From Sphingomicrobium sp. (lineage in GTDB: Bacteria > Pseudomonadota > Alphaproteobacteria > Sphingomonadales > Sphingomonadaceae): a DNA stretch of 64,000 nucleotides. Within the stretch, counting starts at the first letter, position 1, and every line of letters begins with the position of its first letter. The position numbers and the translations under genes were made by a program. The notes under the pieces are model-generated. The model was not told where the DNA came from. It saw nothing but the letters and a program-made list of their open reading frames with translations, and made no database searches. The stretch lies in assembly GCA_035494075.1 (NCBI GenBank), contig DATJHF010000041.1, forward strand, positions 6,237 to 70,236, given 5' to 3'. Below, piece after piece: positions 21,076-29,879 of this stretch.

Positions 21076-21579
21076 GTGAAAGCGTATCTGGCTGCGGCGT
21101 TCCTGGCCGCAAGCTCGTTTCCGGCGCCTGCGCAGCAACCGGTCATGCCGGATCTCAACGTGCCCGCAAGCGACCTGGGTGACGAGCGCAAATTCTTTGT
21201 CTTCCACAAGGCGGGAGTGAGCCTGGAGCAGGCCCGCGCCGATCTTGGTTTTTGCTCGCGCTATATCGCCCGTGGCCAGCAGCGCTTCCTGCCGGACTTC
21301 GTTGCCTGGAAGCATGCCGATCCGGCCCGGCCGGTCCCCAATAATTTGAACTATGGCCTGGTTGGCGTGGCGATCATGGCGATCATCGACGGGCCGATCG
21401 ATCGCAGCATCCGGCAGGCCCGCATGATGCGCTGCATGTTGCCGCGGGGCTACGCCCGCTATCGCACCAGCGAGGCGCTTTGGAAGCGGATCAATTCGGA
21501 TGACCTGGCATCCGCAATTGAGCTCCAGGCTCAAATTGCGTCCGGTCCCGTTCCACCGGCGCCAAGGACCCTGCCATGA
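21076..21579 (+). CDS. Exported hypothetical protein with glycine-rich hydrophobic segment and C...CMxxRGY pair
   Basis: Signal peptide (APA-Q), GLVGVAIMAII, RCMLPRGY; ATGA overlap with next gene. Confidence 0.75.
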   Translation: MKAYLAAAFLAASSFPAPAQQPVMPDLNVPASDLGDERKFFVFHKAGVSLEQARADLGFCSRYIARGQQRFLPDFVAWKHADPARPVPNNLNYGLVGVAIMAIIDGPIDRSIRQARMMRCMLPRGYARYRTSEALWKRINSDDLASAIELQAQIASGPVPPAPRTLP

Positions 21580-22376
21580 CCTTCCGCTTGCTGTTCGGAT
21601 TGCTGCTGACGGGCATTGCCGCGGCCTCCGCTCCCGCCAAGGACACCAGCGATTTGCTGCGTCCGATCCGCGCCGAGGAAGCTGTCACGATCCGGCCCGA
21701 CAAGGCCTATCTCCTGATCCGCATCGACCTTCGCGGGACGACCCAGGACCCGGTGATCCTGCGGGAGCCCGATGCGGCCGAGCTGGCGCGCTATGAAGGC
21801 GCCAGGGCCGCCGCTTTCGCGAAGCGCGGCAGCAAGGGCAGCATCGAATCCTTCGTGTTCGACTATGACGGGCCGCCCAACCTGTTCATCCTGTCGCATG
21901 GCAAATCGATCAGTTCCGACAAGAACCAGGCGACCGTGTTGGTTGAGGCCCGGCCTGGCGACTATGTGCTTTACGGGCAGGGTTTCGGCAAAGTGCTGTT
22001 CCAATGCCATTGCCTGGGTACGGTCGGTTTCGCGGCAGCGCCTGGAGTGGTGACTGACCTCGGCACCTATTTATCCGACGATGCCTCCAAGCCGTCGGTC
22101 TATCCGGAGCTGGCGGGTGAAACCAACCTCGGGCCTACGGCGCGAATGGACTTTGTCCTGTTTGCCGGCGGACTGGTCCCGGCAAGCGCGGGCCAGGCCC
22201 TTCCGACAGGGGTGGATCGCTCAACCATTCGGGCTGCGCAATTTCACGCGGTCGGTCCGTTCGTCGATCCCAACGTTTGGCACATCAACCGGCTCGCGGC
22301 GATCCCGGGCGTGCTTCGATACGACGGCGGCAAGGTGATCGACGTGGCTTCCGGCAAGGAAGCCCCGCCGCGCTAG
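21576..22376 (+). CDS. Exported hypothetical protein (beta-sandwich-like)
   Basis: Signal peptide; PDKAYLLIR, VEARPGDYVLYG, CHCLGTVGF...PGVVTDLG. Confidence 0.75.
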   Translation: MTFRLLFGLLLTGIAAASAPAKDTSDLLRPIRAEEAVTIRPDKAYLLIRIDLRGTTQDPVILREPDAAELARYEGARAAAFAKRGSKGSIESFVFDYDGPPNLFILSHGKSISSDKNQATVLVEARPGDYVLYGQGFGKVLFQCHCLGTVGFAAAPGVVTDLGTYLSDDASKPSVYPELAGETNLGPTARMDFVLFAGGLVPASAGQALPTGVDRSTIRAAQFHAVGPFVDPNVWHINRLAAIPGVLRYDGGKVIDVASGKEAPPR

Positions 22377-23287
22377 TCCTGCGACGGCTGGACGTTCACC
22401 AGGCCGTTCGCCCAGATCAGCGTTTTGCCCGGTCTTTCTGGATTCCGCTCGACTAGCGGGCCGTAATATCCCGCGGCAAAGGCCTTCTCGCGGCCCTTCG
22501 CGGCGAATGATTTCACGTCGGCATCGCCCAGGCCGACCGCGAACGGGATCAGCTGCTCGAGCCTGGCAAAGGCGCTCGTCAATGCCGCCTTCGCGAGCTT
22601 GCCGTCATCGGCGCTCCATCGGCCGACATTCTCGGACGGCTCGAACGATGGTTTGCGCAGTTGCACGATGCTGGCGACTTGCTGGTGGTAAAGCGGCGTA
22701 AGGGCCGGCGCGCCGCCCTTCATTGCGCCCACGCGGCCTAGCTGCAGGTCGGCAATCACACGGATTTGCGTGAAATCGGGCGACGCTTCGTAGCGGTAGC
22801 CGACCAGCGCAACCTGAGGCGACTTCAGCTTGGCGAGGAATTCGGGGCGGGATTGAATTGCAGCGTCGTTCGTGACGTCGATGCTGGCAGGCTGGAACCA
22901 GGCCGGCTTCGCCAATGCCGCCTTGGTGGTCGCCACGGCCAGGCCATTGACGTCGAACCCCAGCAGGGCTTGGCGCAAGGGTGCGATCGCCGCCTCTGCC
23001 CGGCCGCGCGATGACTGGCTAAGGACTTCGCGCGTGTCGTCCATCGACGAGATGATGATCATGCCCAGCAATCCGCCGCCGCCATTATTGGCGGCGCTTG
23101 CTACCCGGCCGATGTCGATGGTCGTTTCGATCTGGGTTTGAGGCACGATCACCTCCACCGCCCGCCCGCCCGGGATTGCCCGGTCGCGCTCGGCCACGGC
23201 ATTCGGCACAGCCGCCGCTTGGAGCGGGGCAGTCGCTGCGGTCGAAGCCATGCAGCAGGACAGGAAGATGCGGATGATGCGCGTCAA
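22373..23287 (-). CDS. Exported hypothetical protein with glycine-rich hydrophobic segment
   Basis: TTG start at 23287 after GGAG; signal-like N-terminus; GGGGLLGMIIISSM. Confidence 0.7.
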   Translation of the reverse strand: MTRIIRIFLSCCMASTAATAPLQAAAVPNAVAERDRAIPGGRAVEVIVPQTQIETTIDIGRVASAANNGGGGLLGMIIISSMDDTREVLSQSSRGRAEAAIAPLRQALLGFDVNGLAVATTKAALAKPAWFQPASIDVTNDAAIQSRPEFLAKLKSPQVALVGYRYEASPDFTQIRVIADLQLGRVGAMKGGAPALTPLYHQQVASIVQLRKPSFEPSENVGRWSADDGKLAKAALTSAFARLEQLIPFAVGLGDADVKSFAAKGREKAFAAGYYGPLVERNPERPGKTLIWANGLVNVQPSQD

Positions 23288-23347
23288 TTGTGTCTCCGAA
23301 TGCAGGGGGCTGCACGCCGGAAGGCGCACAGCCCCGCTGCTCAACCT

Positions 23348-24091
23348 CTATTTTGCGGGATGAACGCCAGCCGCGAACTCGGTGAAGTTCTTGGCGAAGA
23401 CTTCGCGCAGTTCCTTCTCCGCAACCTCGGTTTCGTCCGTGGTCTTTGGCGGGAAATGGGCAAGGCCGTTGCCGCCGCGTCCCTTGACCAGCTCCGCCTT
23501 GGACTTGCCGCCGCGGAAATCCTTGAGGATGAAGCGGTTGTTCAACGAACGGCCGTAAATGGCTGCTTTCTTGTAGAAATTCTGGGTGACGATCAGCTCG
23601 ACATAGCAAGGGGCCGTCGACGACGAGAGCCGCGATTGCGCCTTGGTCGTGATCTTGCGGTCGGCAATCGGCGTCTCATAGATGATCTGCGACGGCTGCA
23701 GCTTAAGGTTGGAAACCAGGTCGACCGACTTCAACGCTTCGATCTGAAGACGGGGCCCCAGCGCCTCCTTGAGATACTCCGCCTCGCTGATGTTGCGATC
23801 CTTATTCTGTGCCGCGTCCGCGATGGCGCCGACAATGCCGAAACCGGACAGCATGGTCGTCGTAATGGCCTGGCCCTCGAGGGTCGGGAAAATGTGAAGC
23901 TCGCAGCTTGGCGCCGGCGCGGCAGTCTGAACGGGCGCTGGTGCCGGGGCCGCTATTGGCGCTGCTTCCGGTGTGGCCGCGGGAGCCGCCTCGGCGGCGC
24001 TCGGGGTGGCTGAATCCTGGGCGCTTGCCGGAACAGTGCAAATGGCGGCTGCGGCGACCGCAATCGCCAGGCTTAACGGCATCGACTTCAT
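23348..24091 (-). CDS. Exported hypothetical protein with glycine-rich hydrophobic segment
   Basis: SD AGGAG; signal peptide (ASA-Q); Ala/Pro linker; CELHIFP...GFGIVGAIADAA...PCYVELIV. Confidence 0.78.
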   Translation of the reverse strand: MKSMPLSLAIAVAAAAICTVPASAQDSATPSAAEAAPAATPEAAPIAAPAPAPVQTAAPAPSCELHIFPTLEGQAITTTMLSGFGIVGAIADAAQNKDRNISEAEYLKEALGPRLQIEALKSVDLVSNLKLQPSQIIYETPIADRKITTKAQSRLSSSTAPCYVELIVTQNFYKKAAIYGRSLNNRFILKDFRGGKSKAELVKGRGGNGLAHFPPKTTDETEVAEKELREVFAKNFTEFAAGVHPAK

Positions 24092-24145
24092 TCATATTCT
24101 CCTAGTTTTGGATAATTGCAGCGAATGGGATGTGGGCTTCGCCGG

Positions 24146-24811
24146 CTACTTCCTGCCGACCGACGGAGCGGCGGGTTCCGGAAACTTCGCGTCGACAGCT
24201 TCGACCGGAGCGGCCGGTGCAGCCGCGGTTAGAGGCTGTGGCCTGGCGGCAAAGGCGATGTCTTCGCCGGTCCGGGCCTTGAGTTCGCGGCCCCTGGGGA
24301 TCACGCCCGGCTTGCCCTTGATGAAGCCGGAAAATACGCCGACCGCGAACCAGGTCGCGGCGGTCGCGCCATTCTTGTTGGCGCCTTCTTCGCGAAAGCG
24401 GCCGTCGAGCGGCACCTTTGCGCCGTTGAGCTCGAGATAGCGCAGCGCAATGCTCAGGATGCCCGGCTTGCCAAATCCGCCATTGTTGGTTGCGAAGGTG
24501 ACTTCCCCGAAACCGGTCGTGCCCTTCGGGATGACGATCGTCGCTCCGTCGACCACGTCGTGGAGCACGGTTACCTGGAATTTGTCTCCGGCTTTGCTCG
24601 CCTTGGTCGATATCTCCTGGTCGAGCATGACGATGACCGGCGTTCCGGAGGGAAGCCTCGACTGGGCAACGATCGCAGGTGCAGCGGCCGGTGCGGCGGC
24701 CGCCGGCACGGCCGAGGCCGGCTGTTCGGTCGCCTGGCTTGCTGCAAAACTCGATGTGGAAACGCACGCGGCGCCAAGCGCCACGGCCGAAATCATACTA
24801 CAGAATCGCAC
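24146..24811 (-). CDS. Exported protein with VirB10/TrbI-like beta domain
   Basis: GTG start 24811 after a G-rich SD; signal peptide; LPSGTPV..LDQEIST..KAGDKF..IVIPKGT..GEV..GFGKPGIL pattern; hydrophobic GATAATWFAVGVFSGF. Confidence 0.65.
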   Translation of the reverse strand: MRFCSMISAVALGAACVSTSSFAASQATEQPASAVPAAAAPAAAPAIVAQSRLPSGTPVIVMLDQEISTKASKAGDKFQVTVLHDVVDGATIVIPKGTTGFGEVTFATNNGGFGKPGILSIALRYLELNGAKVPLDGRFREEGANKNGATAATWFAVGVFSGFIKGKPGVIPRGRELKARTGEDIAFAARPQPLTAAAPAAPVEAVDAKFPEPAAPSVGRK

Positions 24812-25000
24812 AAATCCCCCCTGATATACGGGCGACGCTAGGGGGACCGTTGCTCGCCCACAACTGTGTTTTTGCACTGTGGGCTATTTGGAGTTCCCAC
24901 CGTTGCGGCTCCGCACCGGAACAGCTTCCGGCTTCCGTCTCGCGACCGACATGATAGGCAGGCACCCAATCCGGATTCGCGGAGCGTGAGAGGTAGTCGA

Positions 25001-26623
25001 ATGCGTTTCTTCTTGTTGGCCGCGGCGGCGGCCGCTTTTGCTGCTTCGCCGTCCATGGCCCAGCCGGCGACCCCGCCGAAACTCATCGTCGCCATCTCGG
25101 TCGACCAATTCTCGGCCGACCTGTGGGATGAATATCGGCCCCACTTCACCGCCGGCCTGGCGCGCCTGGGATCGGGCATTGCTTTCCACAATGGCTACCA
25201 ATCGCACAACGCCACCGAGACCTGCCCGGGCCATTCGACCATCCTGACGGGCAGCCACCCGTCGCGGACCGGCATTATCGCCAACCTCTGGGTCGATCTC
25301 GGGCAGCAGCGCAGCGACAAGGCCGTCTACTGCGCCGAGGATGAGCGGGTGCCCGGCACCAACTCGCTCGCCTACTCGGTGTCGCCCTTGCACCTGATGG
25401 TCCCGACCCTCGGCGAATGGCTCAAGGGGCAGCATCCCGGCAGCCGCAACGTCGCGGTCGCCGGCAAGGACCGCGCCGCGGTGATGATGACCGGCCACAA
25501 GGCTGACCAGCGCTGGTATTGGGCCAGCAACAAGTTCGTAACGGATCTCAAGGGCGTCGCCGCGCCGCAAACGCTCGCCAAAGCGAACGAGGCCATCGCC
25601 AAGGCGCTGCTCGAAGCTCGGCAGCCGCTGCAATCGCCGCCGCTGTGCCAGGCCAAGGCCAAGTCAATTCCGATCGAGGGTGGCGGCAAGCCCGTCGGGA
25701 GCGGTGCGTTCGCCCGTAGCGCCGGCGACCAGGCCGCCTTCCGAGCGTCGCCCGAGCTAGACGGCGACACGCTCGCGATAGCCGCCGGTCTGGTCGATGA
25801 AATGCAGCTGGGCCGCGGGGCCGATCCCGATGTTCTCGCGATCAGCCTGTCCGCGACCGACTATGTCGGCCACAGTTATGGGACCGAGGGGCAGGAGATG
25901 TGTCTGCAGCTGCTCGCCCTCGACCGCGAACTGGGCGACTTCTTTGCCTTCCTCGATGGCCGCGGCATCGACTACAGCGTCGTCCTCACCGCCGACCATG
26001 GCGGACTGGACGTTCCGGAGCGCCAGCGGGCCGCCGGTCATCCCGACGCGGCCCGTGTCGATCCCGCGCTGAACGCTGGGAAGCTCGGGCTCGAACTCGT
26101 CAAGAAATACAAGCTGCCGGGTGTTGGACTTTACGGCGAAAGCTTCGGCGACATCTACGTCGATCGCGCCCTCACACCGACGCAGCGCAAACTGGTGCTG
26201 GACGGCGCAGTCGCGGCCTATCGCACCCATCCGCAGGTCGAGGCGGTATTCACCGCCGGGCAGCTCGCGGCGACACCGGTTCCCAGCGGCTCGCCGGTCG
26301 GATGGAGCCTGATCCAGCGCGCTCGCGCCAGCTATTATCCGGGCCGCTCTGGCGACTTCGTCGTCCTGCTGAAGCGCTATGTCACGCCCATCGCCGATAC
26401 CAGCCGCTATGTCGCGACTCACGGCAGCCCCTGGGACTATGACCGGCGCGTGCCGATCCTGTTCTGGCGCAAGGCGATGACGCCGCTCGCCTTGGATACG
26501 CCGATCGAGACGACGGACATCCTGCCGACCCTTGCCGCGACCATCGGCCTTGCAATCCCCGCCGGCTCGATCGACGGCCACTGCATCGCCGCGGTTGCAG
26601 GGGATCAGTGTCCTCCCCGCTAA
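25001..26623 (+). CDS. Alkaline phosphatase, PhoK/PafA (Thr-nucleophile) family
   Basis: Signal peptide; ISVDQF, TETCPGHSTILTG, AGKDRAA, TDYVGH, TADHG, THGSPWDYDRRVP. Confidence 0.9.
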   Translation: MRFFLLAAAAAAFAASPSMAQPATPPKLIVAISVDQFSADLWDEYRPHFTAGLARLGSGIAFHNGYQSHNATETCPGHSTILTGSHPSRTGIIANLWVDLGQQRSDKAVYCAEDERVPGTNSLAYSVSPLHLMVPTLGEWLKGQHPGSRNVAVAGKDRAAVMMTGHKADQRWYWASNKFVTDLKGVAAPQTLAKANEAIAKALLEARQPLQSPPLCQAKAKSIPIEGGGKPVGSGAFARSAGDQAAFRASPELDGDTLAIAAGLVDEMQLGRGADPDVLAISLSATDYVGHSYGTEGQEMCLQLLALDRELGDFFAFLDGRGIDYSVVLTADHGGLDVPERQRAAGHPDAARVDPALNAGKLGLELVKKYKLPGVGLYGESFGDIYVDRALTPTQRKLVLDGAVAAYRTHPQVEAVFTAGQLAATPVPSGSPVGWSLIQRARASYYPGRSGDFVVLLKRYVTPIADTSRYVATHGSPWDYDRRVPILFWRKAMTPLALDTPIETTDILPTLAATIGLAIPAGSIDGHCIAAVAGDQCPPR

Positions 26624-26699
26624 CCATTTTAAAACGCTTGCCTTTTTTGATCCGACCCGGCAGCTTGGAAACCGCTGCTAAGTGTTCGGGGAGAGATCG

Positions 26700-27470
26700 A
26701 TGCGCCGTGTTGCTTTGGCGCTGTTGGGGTCGGTGGCATTAGCGGGTTGCGTCCAAACCCGCCAATATGCCGATGTCGAATTCACGCCGCCGCAAGGCGA
26801 TTACAAGCTGCTGGTGATGCGGCCCGACGTCGAAGTCGGATCGGTCACGACCGGCGGCCTGGTGGAGCCTCGGGCCGACTGGACCGAGACCGCCCGGACC
26901 AAGGTGATGGCCGCGCTTCGCGCCCAGCAGGCGGAGCGAGGCGGCAATATCCTCATCATGGAAAGGCGCGATTCGCTGCCTGGCGTCGATCCCGAAGCCG
27001 TCGCCGAACTTGAGCGCCTTCATTATGCAGTGGGCAGCTCGATCGCCCTCCACAAATATTCCGGCGCCTATTTGCCAACCAAGCGCGGCAAGGGCCTCGA
27101 CTGGACGTTGGGAGAGGATGCCGTCGCGCTCGGCCGCAAGACCGGATACGACTATGCGCTGTTCCTCCACGCCGAGGACAGCTTCGCCTCGACCGGGCGG
27201 GTGGCGTTGCAGGTGCTTGGCATTGCCGGCTGCTTCGTCGGCTTCTGCGCCCCCAACATCGGTGGGGCGGGCCAGTTCGCCTACGCCAGCCTGGTCGACC
27301 TTAGGACCGGCGAAGTGGTGTGGTTCAACGTGCTGCAGGCCGGTAGCCAGGTCGCCGGGATCAAGATGGGCGACATCCGCACGGACGCAGGCGCCGCGCA
27401 GATGGTCGACCGATTGCTCGACCGGATGAAGCCGGGCCGAAACGTCCAGCGCCGGGCGCAAGCGCAATGA
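26700..27470 (+). CDS. Lipoprotein of unknown function (possible TolB-N/CsgG/LpoB-like fold)
   Basis: Lipobox LAGC; LVDLRTGEVVWFN motif; hydrophobic VLGIAGCFVGFC insertion. Confidence 0.75.
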   Translation: MRRVALALLGSVALAGCVQTRQYADVEFTPPQGDYKLLVMRPDVEVGSVTTGGLVEPRADWTETARTKVMAALRAQQAERGGNILIMERRDSLPGVDPEAVAELERLHYAVGSSIALHKYSGAYLPTKRGKGLDWTLGEDAVALGRKTGYDYALFLHAEDSFASTGRVALQVLGIAGCFVGFCAPNIGGAGQFAYASLVDLRTGEVVWFNVLQAGSQVAGIKMGDIRTDAGAAQMVDRLLDRMKPGRNVQRRAQAQ

Positions 27471-28687
27471 GCTGGTCGAGGCGATCCCTACTTGCCGCCG
27501 GCGGCTCCCTCGCAGCCGCAAGCGCGACAGGAATTGCCGAAGCACGGGTATTGCCTAAGGACATGGTCCCGCTGATCGGGCCCGGATACCGCGCCGTCGA
27601 CCCTGACGAAAAGGGCATGTGGCAGCAGATGGAGCGGGTCGAGGAGGAAGTTTCCGGCTCCAACCTGCTGATCAAGGATCCGCAACTTACCTCCTATCTC
27701 GGCGACTTGATCGGCCACGTCGGCGGACCCGCAGCCAAGGACATGCGCATCTACCTGGCGCGCATTCCGGAATTTAACGCGATGATGTTCCCGACCGGTT
27801 TTGCCGTCGTCTTTTCGGGCTTGCTGCTGCGAATGCGCAATGAAGCACAACTGGCTGGCGTCGTGGCGCACGAGAGCGCGCACTTCCTGCGCAAGCACCA
27901 GCTCCGCCAATGGCGTGACATGCGGCGCAAGACCGACATTTTCTCGATTGTCGCCATGGGAGCGGGCGTGGTCGGCGGCGTAGCAGGGGTCTATGCCGGC
28001 GATCTCATGCAACTGGGCCAGCTAGGCACGATCCTGTCACTGCTTAAGTATAACCGGACCATCGAGGCGGAAGCTGACGCCATGGGAGTCCGGTTGCTGG
28101 CGGAGGCTGGCTATGACCCGATGGCAATGAGCGAGACTTGGGAGCAGCTGATCGGCGAACTCGACCTGAGCGCCAAATATCGCCGCAAGAAACGGGATCG
28201 CAGCTTCACCTTGTTCGAGACTCATCCCTCGCCGGATTCGAGAATGGCGGACCTCAAAATCTCCGCCGCGGAAGTGAGGCAGCCAGGCAAGACTTACGAC
28301 GCCTATCGTGAGCGCTACCTTAGAGCATTGGGATCGATACGGCCCTCGCTGCTGGACGACCAGGTCAAGCTGAACGACCCGGGCGCAAGCCAATATGTGG
28401 TCGAAACCCTGGCCAAGGACGGTTGGAATGGCCTTCTCCGCTTTTACGAGGGAGAAGTCTGGCGCTTGCGCAACAGCAACAAGATGGGCGACGAGGCTCG
28501 TGCCGCCCAGGGCTATGCGGCGGCAATAGCCTATCCGGATGCACCGCCCGATGCCTGGCGCTGGCACGGAATCATGCTGCTGAAGCATGGCAGGCAGTCG
28601 GAGGCTCGGGCAGCTTTCGCTCGATACCTGCAACTCGCCCCCAATGCGCCCGATGCGGCGCTGGTGCGCCAGATGATGTCCAGTTGA
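27467..28687 (+). CDS. M48-family zinc metalloprotease with C-terminal TPR and twin-arginine signal
   Basis: SRRSLL, FNAMMFPTG, VAHESAH (HExxH), EAEAD, THPSPDSR, YLQLAPNAPDA. Confidence 0.9.
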   Translation: MSWSRRSLLAAGGSLAAASATGIAEARVLPKDMVPLIGPGYRAVDPDEKGMWQQMERVEEEVSGSNLLIKDPQLTSYLGDLIGHVGGPAAKDMRIYLARIPEFNAMMFPTGFAVVFSGLLLRMRNEAQLAGVVAHESAHFLRKHQLRQWRDMRRKTDIFSIVAMGAGVVGGVAGVYAGDLMQLGQLGTILSLLKYNRTIEAEADAMGVRLLAEAGYDPMAMSETWEQLIGELDLSAKYRRKKRDRSFTLFETHPSPDSRMADLKISAAEVRQPGKTYDAYRERYLRALGSIRPSLLDDQVKLNDPGASQYVVETLAKDGWNGLLRFYEGEVWRLRNSNKMGDEARAAQGYAAAIAYPDAPPDAWRWHGIMLLKHGRQSEARAAFARYLQLAPNAPDAALVRQMMSS

Positions 28688-28698
28688 GGAGGGTAGAA

Positions 28699-29322
28699 AT
28701 GCGCGTGAAAGTCGTTTCGCTCCTGGTTACCGCGTCCGTCTCGCTGTCGGCCTGCGCTGGCGTTGGTGGCGAGGGTTTCGGTTACGGCGGCTATTCGCTG
28801 ATCCGGCCCAAGGAAGTGCGGGTAGGCGACGATAGCCTGGCGGTTACGCCGCCGCGCGAGTGGAACAAGATATCGGCGCGACTCTTCACCGACATCCGCG
28901 ACGTTGAAGACTGGACCCAGAATGGGCCGTATCTGGACGGGATCAGCTTCGTCACGGGTCTAAAGGACGGCAAGGCGCTGGTTTATCAACGCAGCCAGGA
29001 CGACCGCCAGGTACCCAAGTTTCGGTCTAACATGACCCCGCCCGAGATTGCGGCAATTCTCGAGAGCCTGTTCCGCGTGCGTGGCGGGGCGGTCGAGTAT
29101 AAGACGACCGCGCTGGCCCCGCGACCCTTTCTCGGAGTCAGCGGGTTCCAATATGATTATGAGCATCTCGACAGCGACGAGGTGCGGCGCAAGGGACGGG
29201 CGGTCGGCGCGGTAGTCGACGGCAAGCTCTACTTGATCCTGTTCGATGCCGCACGGTCACACTACTACAACGCGCTGCTCCCGGACTTTGAAGCGATCGT
29301 TCAGTCCGCTCGGCGCGTTTAG
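28699..29322 (+). CDS. Lipoprotein of unknown function (possible PsbP/DcrB-like fold)
   Basis: SD GAGGAGG, ATG 28699, lipobox LSAC; VTPPREW...VVDGKLYLILF...LPDFEAIVQS. Confidence 0.75.
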   Translation: MRVKVVSLLVTASVSLSACAGVGGEGFGYGGYSLIRPKEVRVGDDSLAVTPPREWNKISARLFTDIRDVEDWTQNGPYLDGISFVTGLKDGKALVYQRSQDDRQVPKFRSNMTPPEIAAILESLFRVRGGAVEYKTTALAPRPFLGVSGFQYDYEHLDSDEVRRKGRAVGAVVDGKLYLILFDAARSHYYNALLPDFEAIVQSARRV

Positions 29323-29427
29323 CAAACTACCGGGTCGGGAGGCGGCGGCTGTTCTGGTTCGCCTGGCAACGGCGGGACATGGCCCGGCTCATCGGCGGGA
29401 GGCGGGCCGCCTGGGCGCGGCGGCCTG

Positions 29428-29607
29428 CTAGCCAATTGCCGAGCCTATTGGAGCGCCACCCGGCGAAGGGACGTCGATATCGGGGGGCGGCTGAGGAGCT
29501 TCCGCCGGCGGGGTTGTCGGTTGGGCAGGCTGGCTCGGCTGTGCGGGCTCCGTGGGCTGAGCCGGCGTCTCGGGCGGCGGGGTGGCGGGATTGGGGACGT
29601 CCTGCAT
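29428..29607 (-). CDS. Small Pro/Gln-rich disordered protein (59 aa)
   Basis: SD AAAGGAG, ATG 29607; MQDVPNPATPPPETPAQPTEPAQPSQPAQP...PPDIDVPSPGG; EcfG-like promoter upstream. Confidence 0.7.
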   Translation of the reverse strand: MQDVPNPATPPPETPAQPTEPAQPSQPAQPTTPPAEAPQPPPDIDVPSPGGAPIGSAIG

Positions 29608-29632
29608 GCTGTGGTACTCCTTTGAATGGAAT

Positions 29633-29657
29633 AACCCCACCGCGCCCGGGGAGTTGC
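29633..29657 (-). promoter_or_regulatory. Putative EcfG/SigT (general stress response) promoter
   Basis: GCAAC-N16-GGTT versus consensus GGAAC-N16/17-CGTT. Confidence 0.55.
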
Positions 29658-29721
29658 ACGTCGTGTTGCTCTTGCCCCGGCGGCGATCCTTGCTATAGGC
29701 CGCGCACTTTCAGGCGTCCGC

Positions 29722-29806
<85 letters not shown>

Positions 29807-29879
29807 TTCCGCGGCGCAGCTCGTCCGAGGGACAGGCAAATAGCGGAATGCCGCGCAGACACGAGATTGATGAACAGGA

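Noticed and set aside
24862-24880. Pho box upstream of the alkaline phosphatase
   Set aside because: ACTGTG repeats are 13 nt apart rather than 11 and match CTGTCAT poorly
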